The notes under the pieces were generated by a model that ran no database searches, was not told where the DNA came from, and saw only the letters and a program-made list of their open reading frames with translations. A DNA stretch of 18,880 nt. It comes from Candidatus Methylomirabilota bacterium. GTDB taxonomy: Bacteria > Methylomirabilota > Methylomirabilia > Rokubacteriales > CSP1-6. The position numbers and the translations under genes are program-made. Positions within the stretch are counted from its first letter, which is position 1. The number at the start of each line of letters is the position of its first letter. This document shows positions 7,404 to 15,919 of this stretch, piece after piece. The DNA lies in assembly GCA_046726415.1 (NCBI GenBank), contig JBKPAK010000124.1, forward strand, positions 1 through 18,880, written 5' to 3'.

Positions 7404-8960
7404 CTACCGGCCCTTGAGCATGACGTCCTCGTAAGGCCCGGAGTACGCAAAGCCGGTGATGAGCCCGAGACCGGACTCGGCCACCCGAGGGCCGTAGCCA
7501 TTCAGGAACGCAGGTTCCATGATCGGCGAGAACATCACGCGCTCGTGCATCAGCTGCTGGATCTTGTGGAGGGTTGCCTCCCGGCGCTTCTTGTCCGTCT
7601 CCGCCGCCTGCTCGCGGAAGAGTCCATCGAGGTCGGGGTGGCTTCCGTACACGTAGAGTCCCCCAGCGGCCACGTAGGCCTCGACGCGCGTGGCGGCGTT
7701 GCCGAAGGCGGCGCTTCCGCCGACGTTGAGACCGGTGAGCTTCTTTTCCTGGTTGGCCTTGAGAACGGCCGCCCGCTCCATCGGTGTCACCTTGAGCCGG
7801 ATGCCCACCGCGCCGAGATAGTTGGCGGTGGCCTCGGCCAGCGACGCGTACACCATGTCCGAGGAGATCGTCCCGCCATCGAAGCCGCTCGGATATCCGG
7901 CCTCGGCAAGGAGTTGCCGCGCCCGGCCGGGGTCGTACGGATACAGAGGCGCCGGCCAGTAGAAATCAAACGTGTGGGGAATGATGCTGCCGGTGAGCCT
8001 TGACAGGCCGAGGAATTCAGCCTCGTTGATGGCCTTCCGGTCGACAGCAAGGTTCGCGGCCAGGCGTACGCGGCGATCGGACCAGGGGGACTTCGGGTCC
8101 CACTGCTCCTTTGTGAACTGCGTCCACTGCGTCCACGGCTGGTAGGTCGGCTTGAGGGTGAGCCCCGGCGTTCTCTTGAGCTCCTCGGCGAGCACGCCGC
8201 GGATCGAGTACGCGACGTCAGCCTCCGTCCGCTTGAGCATGGCCAGACGCGTCGACTCCTCGGGCACACTCTTGAAGATCAGGCGCTTGACGGTCGGTGT
8301 CTTGCGCCAGTATCCCTCGAACGCCTCCACCACGACCTCGATGCCGGGCGTGAACGAGACGAACTTGTAGGGCCCGGCGCCGACGGGCGCCTTCTTGAAG
8401 CCTTCATCGCCGACTTTCTCGACGTATTTCTTCGGGACGACCCAGGCGGCTCCGGTGGCCGGGGTGCCGTAGAAGGTCATGAAGTCGGGCCACGGTTGGG
8501 TGAGGCGGAAGCGAATCCGGTGCGGATCCAGCACCTCCACCGCGGCCACGCGCGCCTTGAAGCTCTTCGACGCCACGCCGCGATAGCGCTCGAAGGAGAA
8601 CTTGACGTCGTCGGCGGTGAGCGGATCGCCGTTGTGGAATTTCACCCCTTTACGCAACACGAACTCGTAGGTGAGGCCGTCCGGTGAGACCGCCCACGAC
8701 TCGGCGAGGCTCGCCGCCATCGGGTTGCCGGGCATCGGCTTCACCAGGGCGTCATGGAGCGCGTAGTAGAGCATGAAGGGCGTGATGATCCCTGGGGCCT
8801 CCGCCGGCTCGAAGTAGACGGGCGCCAGCGAGATGTGCACGGCCCACACCATCTGCCCCTCGGGGGCTGCGGCCGCCGGCGCCGGTGGCAGACATCCGAG
8901 CGCCAGGACGAGGAGCGCGAGCGCGGTGAGCAATCGACTGGCGAACGCCATCGCCCTCAT
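7404..8960 (-). CDS. ABC transporter substrate-binding protein, family 5
   Basis: Signal peptide MRAMAFASRLLTALALLVLALGCL..., then YALHDALVKPMPG, DGLTYEFVLRKGVKFHNGD, PVGAGPYKF, DRRVRLAANLA and LLAEAGYPSG. Start is uncertain: 8951 or 8960, or 9086, which has the strongest SD. Confidence 0.92.
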   Translation of the reverse strand: MRAMAFASRLLTALALLVLALGCLPPAPAAAAPEGQMVWAVHISLAPVYFEPAEAPGIITPFMLYYALHDALVKPMPGNPMAASLAESWAVSPDGLTYEFVLRKGVKFHNGDPLTADDVKFSFERYRGVASKSFKARVAAVEVLDPHRIRFRLTQPWPDFMTFYGTPATGAAWVVPKKYVEKVGDEGFKKAPVGAGPYKFVSFTPGIEVVVEAFEGYWRKTPTVKRLIFKSVPEESTRLAMLKRTEADVAYSIRGVLAEELKRTPGLTLKPTYQPWTQWTQFTKEQWDPKSPWSDRRVRLAANLAVDRKAINEAEFLGLSRLTGSIIPHTFDFYWPAPLYPYDPGRARQLLAEAGYPSGFDGGTISSDMVYASLAEATANYLGAVGIRLKVTPMERAAVLKANQEKKLTGLNVGGSAAFGNAATRVEAYVAAGGLYVYGSHPDLDGLFREQAAETDKKRREATLHKIQQLMHERVMFSPIMEPAFLNGYGPRVAESGLGLITGFAYSGPYEDVMLKGR

Positions 8961-9374
8961 CTCGCTTCTGTCGCGCCCGCGGCGCTGGCCAGAGTCCCGA
9001 TGCGCTCGGGGCTGTGGGCGGCCACGCGGGGCGAGCTTGAGGACGTCACGCGGCGTGAGATCGGTCGGGGTCGGTCGCTCGGTCATGGATAACCCTCCGT
9101 GCCTCGCCAGTGCCAGTCGGCACCGGCGCGGGCGTCCGCACCGTGAGCGGTCGAGCGATCGGGCCGAAGGGAACTCGGACGACATCGAGGCCACGCCTGC
9201 ATCTCGCCCGAGCGATAGTCAACATACCATCCCTCGGACGGCGGCCCACGGGCACGGGGGCGACGGCGCCGAATAGGTGCGGGGCCTGGCCAACCGCCGC
9301 CCTTTCCTGGCCGGCGACAAAGCTTTCGCGTTTCCGCCGAGCCGTTCGATGGCGAACGGGACGGTGCGGGAAGG

Positions 9375-9420
9375 GTCAGGATTTGCCGGTCCCGCTCGGG
9401 CGTGAAACGTCAGGATTTGC
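9375..9420. repeat. Exact 12-bp direct repeat GTCAGGATTTGC, two copies, period 34
   Basis: Copies at 9375-9386 and 9409-9420 in the spacer between the two SBP genes. Confidence 0.7.
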
Positions 9421-9583
9421 TCCAGGGGCTGGTTCGAGAAGTTGCAGACTTCGATTTCCATCGAATCGCCCAGCCAATAGAAGGTATGCGGACCGCGAGC
9501 TTCCCCGCCGGCCGGTCGGCTCGTACGGGGAAGCGGTGGGTCACGGCGTTCCGGCGCATCTCGCTCCTCTTGACCAACGCGCT

Positions 9584-11125
9584 TCACGGCTTCTTCAGGC
9601 GCATCTCCTCGTAAGGCGCGGCCATGTAGAGAAGCGGGTTCAGACCGATGGCCGGCTCCTCGACCCGCGGGCCGACGCCGTGCAGGGTCGCTGGCTCGAA
9701 GATCGGGACGTGCATGACGCGCTCGTGCATGAGCCGCTGGATCTGATGCAGGAGGGCCTCGCGCTTCTTGCGGTCGCGCTCCTGGGCCTGTTGCAGGAAC
9801 AGGTCGTCGATGTCGGGATGGCCGCCATAGGCGTACGCCGAGCCCGAGACCACGAACGCTTCGATCCGGGTCGCCGCGTTGCCCTGGGCGGCCGTGGCAT
9901 TGGCGATCAGGCCCCCGAGCTTCTTGGCCCGCCAGGACTCGAGGAAGGTCGCGCGCTCCATCGTGCGCACGCGCGTGCGAATGCCCACCGCGGCCAGGTT
10001 GTTGGCGAAGGCCTCACCCATGGTGGTGAACGGAGGCAGGGGGGTGAGGTCGCCGGCATCGAAGCCGCTGGGATAGCCGGCCTCGGCGAGGAGCCGCTTC
10101 GCGCGCGGAGCGTCGTACGGGTAGGGCTCGATCCGCAGCGCGAAATCCATGATGCTCGGGATGATCGAGCCCGTCAGGCGCGAATAGCCGAGACGCTCCG
10201 CTTCGTTAATGCCCTGCTTGTCGATGGCCAGATTGGCGGCCAGCCGCACGCGCCGATCGTGCCAGGGAGACTTGGGCTTCCACTGCTCGGGGAACTCCAT
10301 CCACCAGGTCGCGCTGGGGATGACTTGGGCGAGGCGGAGCTTGGGATCGGCCTTGATTGTCGCGGCCTCCACCCCGACCATCAGATAGCCGATGTCCGCC
10401 TCTCCGGTCTTCAGCATGGCCAGCCGCGTGGTGCGGTCGGGCACGCCCTTGATGACGATGCGCTTGATCGACGGCTTCTTTCGCCAGTACTGGTCGTTGG
10501 CCTCGAGCACGAGCTCGAGCCCCGGGTCCATGCGCACGAACCGATACGGCCCGAGGCCCACGGGCTGCCGCTTGAAGCCCTCCTCGCCGACCTTCTCGAT
10601 GTACTTTTTCGGCACGATCCACGCCGCCCCGGTGGCCGGCGTCGCGTAGAAGACGAAGAAGTCCGGCCAGGGCTTGTGCAGGACGAATCGCACGCGGTGA
10701 GGATCGATAACGTCCACCGACTTCACGCGGTCGTGCAGCAGCTTGGCGGAAGCGCCGCGGTATCGCTGGAAGCTGAACTTCACGTCCTCCGCGGTGAAGG
10801 GATCGCCGTTGTGGAATCGGAGACCTTCGCGCAGCTTGAAGTCGAAGGTGAGCCCGTCGGGGCTCTCCCGCCAGGATTCGGCCAGGCACGGCGCCATGTC
10901 GTGACCGGGCAGCGGCTTGACGAGCGCGTCGTGCAGCGCGTAGAGGAACACGAAGGGGGTGCCGAGTCCCGCGGTGTCAGCCGGATCGAGGAATGCGGTC
11001 GCGATCGAGGCGTCGAAGGCGACGGTGAGCTGGCCCTCGGGGGAGCCCTGGGCGTAGCCCTTCACGGACGAGAGCGCGATCAGAACGACGAAGACCAACG
11101 CGATCGGGGTGATGCGTCGACCCAT
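9584..11125 (-). CDS. ABC transporter substrate-binding protein, family 5; paralog of 7404-8960
   Basis: ATG 11125 with SD GGAGGT; signal peptide; YALHDALVKPLPG, FHNGDPFTAEDVKFSF, PVGLGPYRF and DRRVRLAANLA; 513 aa. Confidence 0.94.
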   Translation of the reverse strand: MGRRITPIALVFVVLIALSSVKGYAQGSPEGQLTVAFDASIATAFLDPADTAGLGTPFVFLYALHDALVKPLPGHDMAPCLAESWRESPDGLTFDFKLREGLRFHNGDPFTAEDVKFSFQRYRGASAKLLHDRVKSVDVIDPHRVRFVLHKPWPDFFVFYATPATGAAWIVPKKYIEKVGEEGFKRQPVGLGPYRFVRMDPGLELVLEANDQYWRKKPSIKRIVIKGVPDRTTRLAMLKTGEADIGYLMVGVEAATIKADPKLRLAQVIPSATWWMEFPEQWKPKSPWHDRRVRLAANLAIDKQGINEAERLGYSRLTGSIIPSIMDFALRIEPYPYDAPRAKRLLAEAGYPSGFDAGDLTPLPPFTTMGEAFANNLAAVGIRTRVRTMERATFLESWRAKKLGGLIANATAAQGNAATRIEAFVVSGSAYAYGGHPDIDDLFLQQAQERDRKKREALLHQIQRLMHERVMHVPIFEPATLHGVGPRVEEPAIGLNPLLYMAAPYEEMRLKKP

Positions 11126-11205
11126 CTCGGACCTCCAGTTCGTCGGAGTGCGGGTATCCTACCGCAGCCGCCCCTCGGTCCGGTCGACCATCGGGCTGAC
11201 CGCCG

Positions 11206-11264
11206 CGTCTGAATCGCCCGCCGCGAATCCCCACGACGTCTGAACCGGCCGGCGCGAATCCCAC
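11206..11264. repeat. Imperfect 31-bp-period direct repeat in a divergent promoter region
   Basis: CGTCTGAAtCGcCCGcCGCGAATCCC from 11206 versus CGTCTGAAcCGgCCGgCGCGAATCCC from 11237. Confidence 0.7.
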
Positions 11265-11324
11265 CATAACGTGCTAGGGTCAGGATCACATCGCGAGGTC
11301 GAATCGACGGGTCACGAGGAGGGC

Positions 11325-12362
11325 ATGCGCTTCGGCTTCTTCGACCAATTGCCGTGTGCCAGCGCAGATTCAGAGCGTCAGAGATACCTGGACCTCCTCG
11401 CGCAGATCGAGCTCGGGGAGGGCCTGGGCTTCGATACCGTCTGGCTCGGCGAACTGCATTTCAGCCGGGCCTTCTCGATTCTGGCCGACCCGCTCATGGT
11501 GCTGGCGGCCGCCGCCCAGCGCACGACGCGGATTCGCCTGGGGACGGCGGTGACGCTCCTGCCCTTGCACAACCCGGTGAAGATCGCCGAAGAAGCCGCG
11601 ATCGCCGATATCCTCAGCAACGGCCGCCTGGAGTTCGGCGTGGGACGCGGCACGGCCCCCATCCACTACGCCGGATACGACATTCCCCAGGACGAGAGCC
11701 GGGAGCGCTTCGAGGAGGCGCTCGACTTCATCCTCCAGGCGTGGACGCAGAAAGCCTTCTCGGTCCAGGGAAAGTACTTTCGGGCCCGCGACCTGACGGT
11801 GGTGCCCAAGCCCGTGCAAGCACCGCATCCCCCGGTGCGGATCGCCGCGAATAGCTCCGACACGTTTCCGCTGGCCGCGCGCCGCCGGTTGCCCATCTTT
11901 GCCACGCCACTCATCAATCCGCCGGACAAGCTGAAAGAGGGCCTGTTGGTCTATCGCCACGCTCTTCCGGCCGGCACCCGGGGCGACGCCGCCCTGGCCT
12001 TTCCGGTGCACGTCACCAGGAGCCGGGCGCACGCGCGACAGGAGTGTGAGGCGAGTCTCCTGCATTTCTTGCGGGAGGCCGGGGAGCGGCTTCGACCATT
12101 GGGCGACGCCGACATCAAGAGCTTCGAGGCCTTTCGGCAGGTCCTGGCCAGGATTGAACGGGTGAAGTACGAGGACGTCGACCGCGAGATGGCCGTCTTC
12201 GGCGATCCCGAGTATTGCGTGCAGAGAGTCCAAGCCTTGCGGGGCGAGTATCAGATGGACGAGTTCATCTGCTACTTCAATCAAGGTGGTCTCATGGCGC
12301 ACGCCATGGTCAAACAATCGATGGCCCTGTTCGCTCGAGAGGTGCTGCCGTATTGCCGCTAG
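11325..12362 (+). CDS. LLM-class (luciferase-like) flavin-dependent oxidoreductase
   Basis: SD GAGGAGG, ATG 11325. MRFGFF...LGFDTVWLGELHF...RTTRIRLGTAVTLLPLHNP...DILSNGRLEFGVGRG...PKPVQAPHPP. Confidence 0.93.
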   Translation: MRFGFFDQLPCASADSERQRYLDLLAQIELGEGLGFDTVWLGELHFSRAFSILADPLMVLAAAAQRTTRIRLGTAVTLLPLHNPVKIAEEAAIADILSNGRLEFGVGRGTAPIHYAGYDIPQDESRERFEEALDFILQAWTQKAFSVQGKYFRARDLTVVPKPVQAPHPPVRIAANSSDTFPLAARRRLPIFATPLINPPDKLKEGLLVYRHALPAGTRGDAALAFPVHVTRSRAHARQECEASLLHFLREAGERLRPLGDADIKSFEAFRQVLARIERVKYEDVDREMAVFGDPEYCVQRVQALRGEYQMDEFICYFNQGGLMAHAMVKQSMALFAREVLPYCR

Positions 12363-12402
12363 GGGCGAAGACCCAGAATCCCATCACCGACGGAGGTCAG
12401 CC

Positions 12403-13521
12403 ATGACGCGAACGTACAAGGTGATTGACGCAGACGGCCACATCCTCGAGCCCATGGACATCTGGGACACGTACATGGATCCTGCCTACCGCGAGCGTGC
12501 CCCTCGCCTGATCCTCGACGACAACGGCAAGGAGCGCTTGCTCGTGGAAGGCAAGATCCTCGGCAATCCCAAGGGCCTGGGGCGGCTCGGGGGCGTCGGA
12601 GCTCGCGACGGCTCGGTGCCGGTCGACACGATGATGTACGCGGACGGGCGGCCGGGCGGCTTCGACCCGCACGCGCGCATCAAGGACCTGGACCTCGACG
12701 GCATCGACGCGGCGTTCCTCTATCCGAGCATCGGGCTGTTTTCTGGCGCGGTGGCCGACCCCAAGCTGGCCGCCGCGATGTGCCGCGCCTATAACCGCTG
12801 GCTGGCCGACTACTGCAAACCGTTCCCGGATCGCCTCTTCGGCATCGCCATGCTGCCGATGCAATCGATCGACCTGGCCATCGCCGAGATGCGCTTCGCG
12901 CGCAAGGACCTCGGGATGAAGGGCGGTTTCCTCCGGCCCAACCCGTACAACGGCCGGATGGCCAACCATCCCGATTATGACCCCTTCTGGGCCGAGGCGC
13001 AGGCCCTCGACTTCTCCATCGGCTTCCACGAAGGCGCTTCGGGCGGCATGCCGACCGTCGGCGTCGATCGCTTCGAAGGCCGCGGCGCCCGGCACATCAT
13101 CTCGCACACGATGGAGATGATGCTGGTGGCGCTGAGTGTCATCTGGGGCGGCGTGTGCGAGCGGTTCCCGCAGATCCGCATCGGCTTCCTGGAATCCGGC
13201 GGTGGCTGGATCGCGCCATGGCTCGATCGGATGGATCGCCACTTCGATGACCAGGGATTCAACGACTCTGGCCTCAAGACACGCCCCAGCGAATTGTTCC
13301 GGCGGAATTGCTGGATTTCGTTCGAACCGGTGGAAGGTTCCCTCGACGTGCTGGCCGACTACATCGGTCCCCACAAGATCCTGTGGGCCACCGACTACCC
13401 GCACGCGGACGGGTTCTTCCCCGGCGCGCCGGCGATGATCGCCAAGCGCACCGCGCTGTCCGAGACGACCAAGCGCGAGATCCTGGCCGGAGGGGCGATG
13501 CGGTTTTACGGCTTGAGCTGA
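12403..13521 (+). CDS. Amidohydrolase family protein (amidohydro_2, metal-dependent hydrolase/decarboxylase)
   Basis: SD GGAGGT, ATG 12403. Motifs IDADGHILEP, DLDGIDAAFLYPS, RAYNRWLADYC, FLESGGGW and WATDYPH. Confidence 0.92.
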   Translation: MTRTYKVIDADGHILEPMDIWDTYMDPAYRERAPRLILDDNGKERLLVEGKILGNPKGLGRLGGVGARDGSVPVDTMMYADGRPGGFDPHARIKDLDLDGIDAAFLYPSIGLFSGAVADPKLAAAMCRAYNRWLADYCKPFPDRLFGIAMLPMQSIDLAIAEMRFARKDLGMKGGFLRPNPYNGRMANHPDYDPFWAEAQALDFSIGFHEGASGGMPTVGVDRFEGRGARHIISHTMEMMLVALSVIWGGVCERFPQIRIGFLESGGGWIAPWLDRMDRHFDDQGFNDSGLKTRPSELFRRNCWISFEPVEGSLDVLADYIGPHKILWATDYPHADGFFPGAPAMIAKRTALSETTKREILAGGAMRFYGLS

Positions 13522-13528
13522 GACCCTC

Positions 13529-14374
13529 ATGGCCGCCAATGACGTCGCGTTCAAGACCCGAAGCAGTGACGCGCAATCCGTCAGCGCCTACTGGGGCCGC
13601 GACGGTCTCGAACGCGCGATCCTCGATGCGCTGGCGGCTGCCGGGAAGGATCTCGATGCCCTGACCCTCGACGATCTCGCACCGGCCGATCACTTCCACA
13701 GCGGTGGCAAGAGCGCCACCGAACGCCTGGCGCGCCTGACCGGAATGGGCCGCGGCGCGCGTGTCCTCGACGTCGGCGGCGGCCTGGGCGGTCCGGCGCG
13801 GATGCTCGCCGCCCAGTACGGGTGTCAGGTCACCGTGGTCGACCTCACCGACTCGTACGTGCGCGCCGGCGAAGCGCTGACGGCTCGACTGCGGCTCACC
13901 GATCGGGTCACCCATCGCATCGGCGACGCGCGGGCTCTGGATGTCGCGATGGAGGCGTTCGACGTCGTGTGGACGCAGAACAGCGGCATGAATATCGCGG
14001 ACAAGGACCGCCTGTACGCGGGCTTCTCCCGAGTGCTGCGCCCGGGCGGCCTCCTGGCCCTCCAGGAACCCATGGCCGGACCGGTACAGCCCGTCATCTT
14101 CCCCGTGATGTGGGCGCGCGACGCCACCGCCTCCTTCTTGCGCGCGCCGGCCTCCATGCGCGACACGATCGAGGCCGCCGGATTCCGGGCGCGCGCCTGG
14201 GACGATGTGACGACGGAGATGGCCGGGCCGAGCACCGGCGGTTCCGTTCCGGCCTATGCCATTCAGCGCATCGTCATGGGCGATGCGCTCGACGAGATCA
14301 CCCGCGCGGGCCAGCGCAACCGCGAGGAGGGACGCATCGTGATGATCCAGGCGGTCTTCGAGCGCCGAAAATAA
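13529..14374 (+). CDS. Class I SAM-dependent methyltransferase (sarcosine/dimethylglycine N-methyltransferase-like)
   Basis: DHFHSGG...VLDVGGGLGGPAR (motif I), FDVVW and RVLRPGG. Confidence 0.88.
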   Translation: MAANDVAFKTRSSDAQSVSAYWGRDGLERAILDALAAAGKDLDALTLDDLAPADHFHSGGKSATERLARLTGMGRGARVLDVGGGLGGPARMLAAQYGCQVTVVDLTDSYVRAGEALTARLRLTDRVTHRIGDARALDVAMEAFDVVWTQNSGMNIADKDRLYAGFSRVLRPGGLLALQEPMAGPVQPVIFPVMWARDATASFLRAPASMRDTIEAAGFRARAWDDVTTEMAGPSTGGSVPAYAIQRIVMGDALDEITRAGQRNREEGRIVMIQAVFERRK

Positions 14375-14395
14375 GGGGCGGAACCGGAGAGGGAG

Positions 14396-15334
14396 ATGAA
14401 ATTCGGGATCCACATCGGCCACATGGGCGGTCCGCTCGGCGAGATGCGCAAGCTGTGGAAGTTTGCCGAGGCCAAGGGCTTCGACTGGTTTTCCGTCTCC
14501 GACCACTTCCAGGAATCGCCGCCGCGCGGTGGGGACCTGGACTGCTATGAGGCGATCGCGACACTGACGACGGCCGCCATGGACACGGAACGCATCCGGC
14601 TCGGCAGCGGTGTCTACTGCGTGGTGTACCGCAACCCCGCGCTGCTCGCCAAGTCGCTCACCACGATCGACCATTTGTCGAACGGGCGGGTCGACTGCGG
14701 GCTCGGCGCCGGGTGGCACGAGATCGAGGCGAAGGCCTACGGCTACGCCTTTCCGTCGATCGGCCCGCGCGAGGACATGCTCGAGGAGTACGCGCAGGTC
14801 ATGCGCCTGCTCTTCGACCCCGAGCGTCGGCGCGCGAACTTCGAGGGGAAGCACGTCCGCCTGGTCAACGCCCCCAACAATCCCAAACCGCTTCAACCCC
14901 GTATTCCCATCTGGATCGGGGGGCGCGGCGAGAAGCGCACCCTGCGGGCGGCGGCCAAATACGCCGACGGGTGGAATGGCGCTTACATCGGTCCCCACGA
15001 CTGGACGCACAAGAGCCAGGTGCTCGATCAGTGGTGCGAGAAGGAGGGGCGAGACCCGAAGACGATCATGCGCACGGTGAACCTCGGCTTCTACCTCGGG
15101 GCCGACGCGAAGGGCGCCGCGCGCGCCGACGAGGTCTTCCGCAATCACTGGGGCGGCAGCGGCGAGCGCGCCGACCGCACGGGCTATCTGCGGGGAACGG
15201 TGAAGGAGGCCCGCGCGATGGTGGACCAGTTCCGCGCTCTCGGCTGCACTCGGCTCAACATCGCGTTCCGCGAAGGCCCCTACGACTGGGAGGCGCTGGA
15301 GGCCTTCGCCGCCGAGATTGTAAGCAGGGGCTGA
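14396..15334 (+). CDS. LLM-class oxidoreductase, possibly F420-dependent
   Basis: SD GAGGGAG. GFDWFSVSDHF, YRNPALLAKSLTTIDHLSNGR..GLGAGW, PKPLQPRIPIWIGGRGEKRTLRAAAKYADGWN. Confidence 0.92.
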   Translation: MKFGIHIGHMGGPLGEMRKLWKFAEAKGFDWFSVSDHFQESPPRGGDLDCYEAIATLTTAAMDTERIRLGSGVYCVVYRNPALLAKSLTTIDHLSNGRVDCGLGAGWHEIEAKAYGYAFPSIGPREDMLEEYAQVMRLLFDPERRRANFEGKHVRLVNAPNNPKPLQPRIPIWIGGRGEKRTLRAAAKYADGWNGAYIGPHDWTHKSQVLDQWCEKEGRDPKTIMRTVNLGFYLGADAKGAARADEVFRNHWGGSGERADRTGYLRGTVKEARAMVDQFRALGCTRLNIAFREGPYDWEALEAFAAEIVSRG

Positions 15335-15484
15335 ACGACGCCCGCTCTTCGACGGCGCATCCGACCGGTGGCAGGCCGGCTCGGGCTCACCGGAGGACGG
15401 CGTGTGCGACGTGCAGTGCACCGACGCGGGGCCACGTGCGCGACCGAAGCTCTCGCGCTCGCCGCCCCGGTCCAAGGAGGGATC

Positions 15485-15919
15485 ATGCTCAACCCAGGAG
15501 ACAAGGCACCCGATTTCGTGGGGCGCGATCACACTGGCAACACCGTGAAGCTCTCGGACTTCAAGGGCAAAGCGGTCGTGCTCTGGTTCTTCCCCAAGGC
15601 CGACACTCCCGGCTGAACGGCGGAGGGTTGCGGGTTCCGCGACCTGAAAGCCGAGTACGATCGGAAGAACGCCGCCATCATCGGGGTATCGTTCGACACC
15701 CCGGCCGAGAACAAGAAGTTCGCCGAGAAGTATGTCTTCAACTTCCCGCTGATCTGCGACACCGACCGGACGATCGGCACCGCGTACGGCGCCAACGTCG
15801 ATCCACAAAAGGGCGCGCAGCGCGTCGGCGTGGTGATCGACCGCGACGGCAAGATCAAAGAGTGGCACGCGCGCGTCGACGCCCGCGCCTGGCCGGCCGA
15901 GGTCGTGGGGACGCTGTAG
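15485..15919 (+). CDS. bcp: Selenocysteine-containing peroxiredoxin, BCP/PrxQ subfamily (144 aa, Sec44)
   Basis: SD AAGGAGG at 15474-15480, ATG 15485: MLNPGDKAPDFVGRDHTGNTVKLSDFKGKAVVLWFFPKADTPG[TGA 15614-15616]TAEGCGFRDLKAEYDRKNAAIIGVSFDTPAENKKFAEKYVFNFPLICDTDRTIGTAYGANVDPQKGAQRVGVVIDRDGKIKEWHARVDARAWPAEVVGTL*. The TGA sits exactly at the peroxidatic Cys of PxxxTxxC. Confidence 0.92.
15617..15653 (+). promoter_or_regulatory. Putative bacterial SECIS element
   Basis: Upper stem GGTTGCGG / CCGCGACC (15626-15644) with a GTT apical loop starting 17 nt after the TGA; lower stem CGGC/GCCG (15618-15621 with 15650-15653). Confidence 0.75.

Noticed and set aside
9375-9420. ATCCTG core of the 12-bp repeat as an IncP-type oriT nick site
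   Set aside because: The flanking bases do not fit YATCCTGY, and there is no relaxase or other mobile-element gene in the window.
3266-11212. Long ORFs 3266-5281 (-), 3787-5838 (+) and 9110-11212 (+)
   Set aside because: Alternative-frame or antisense shadows of clear SBP and MBL genes, with Arg/Gly/Pro-rich composition and no motifs.
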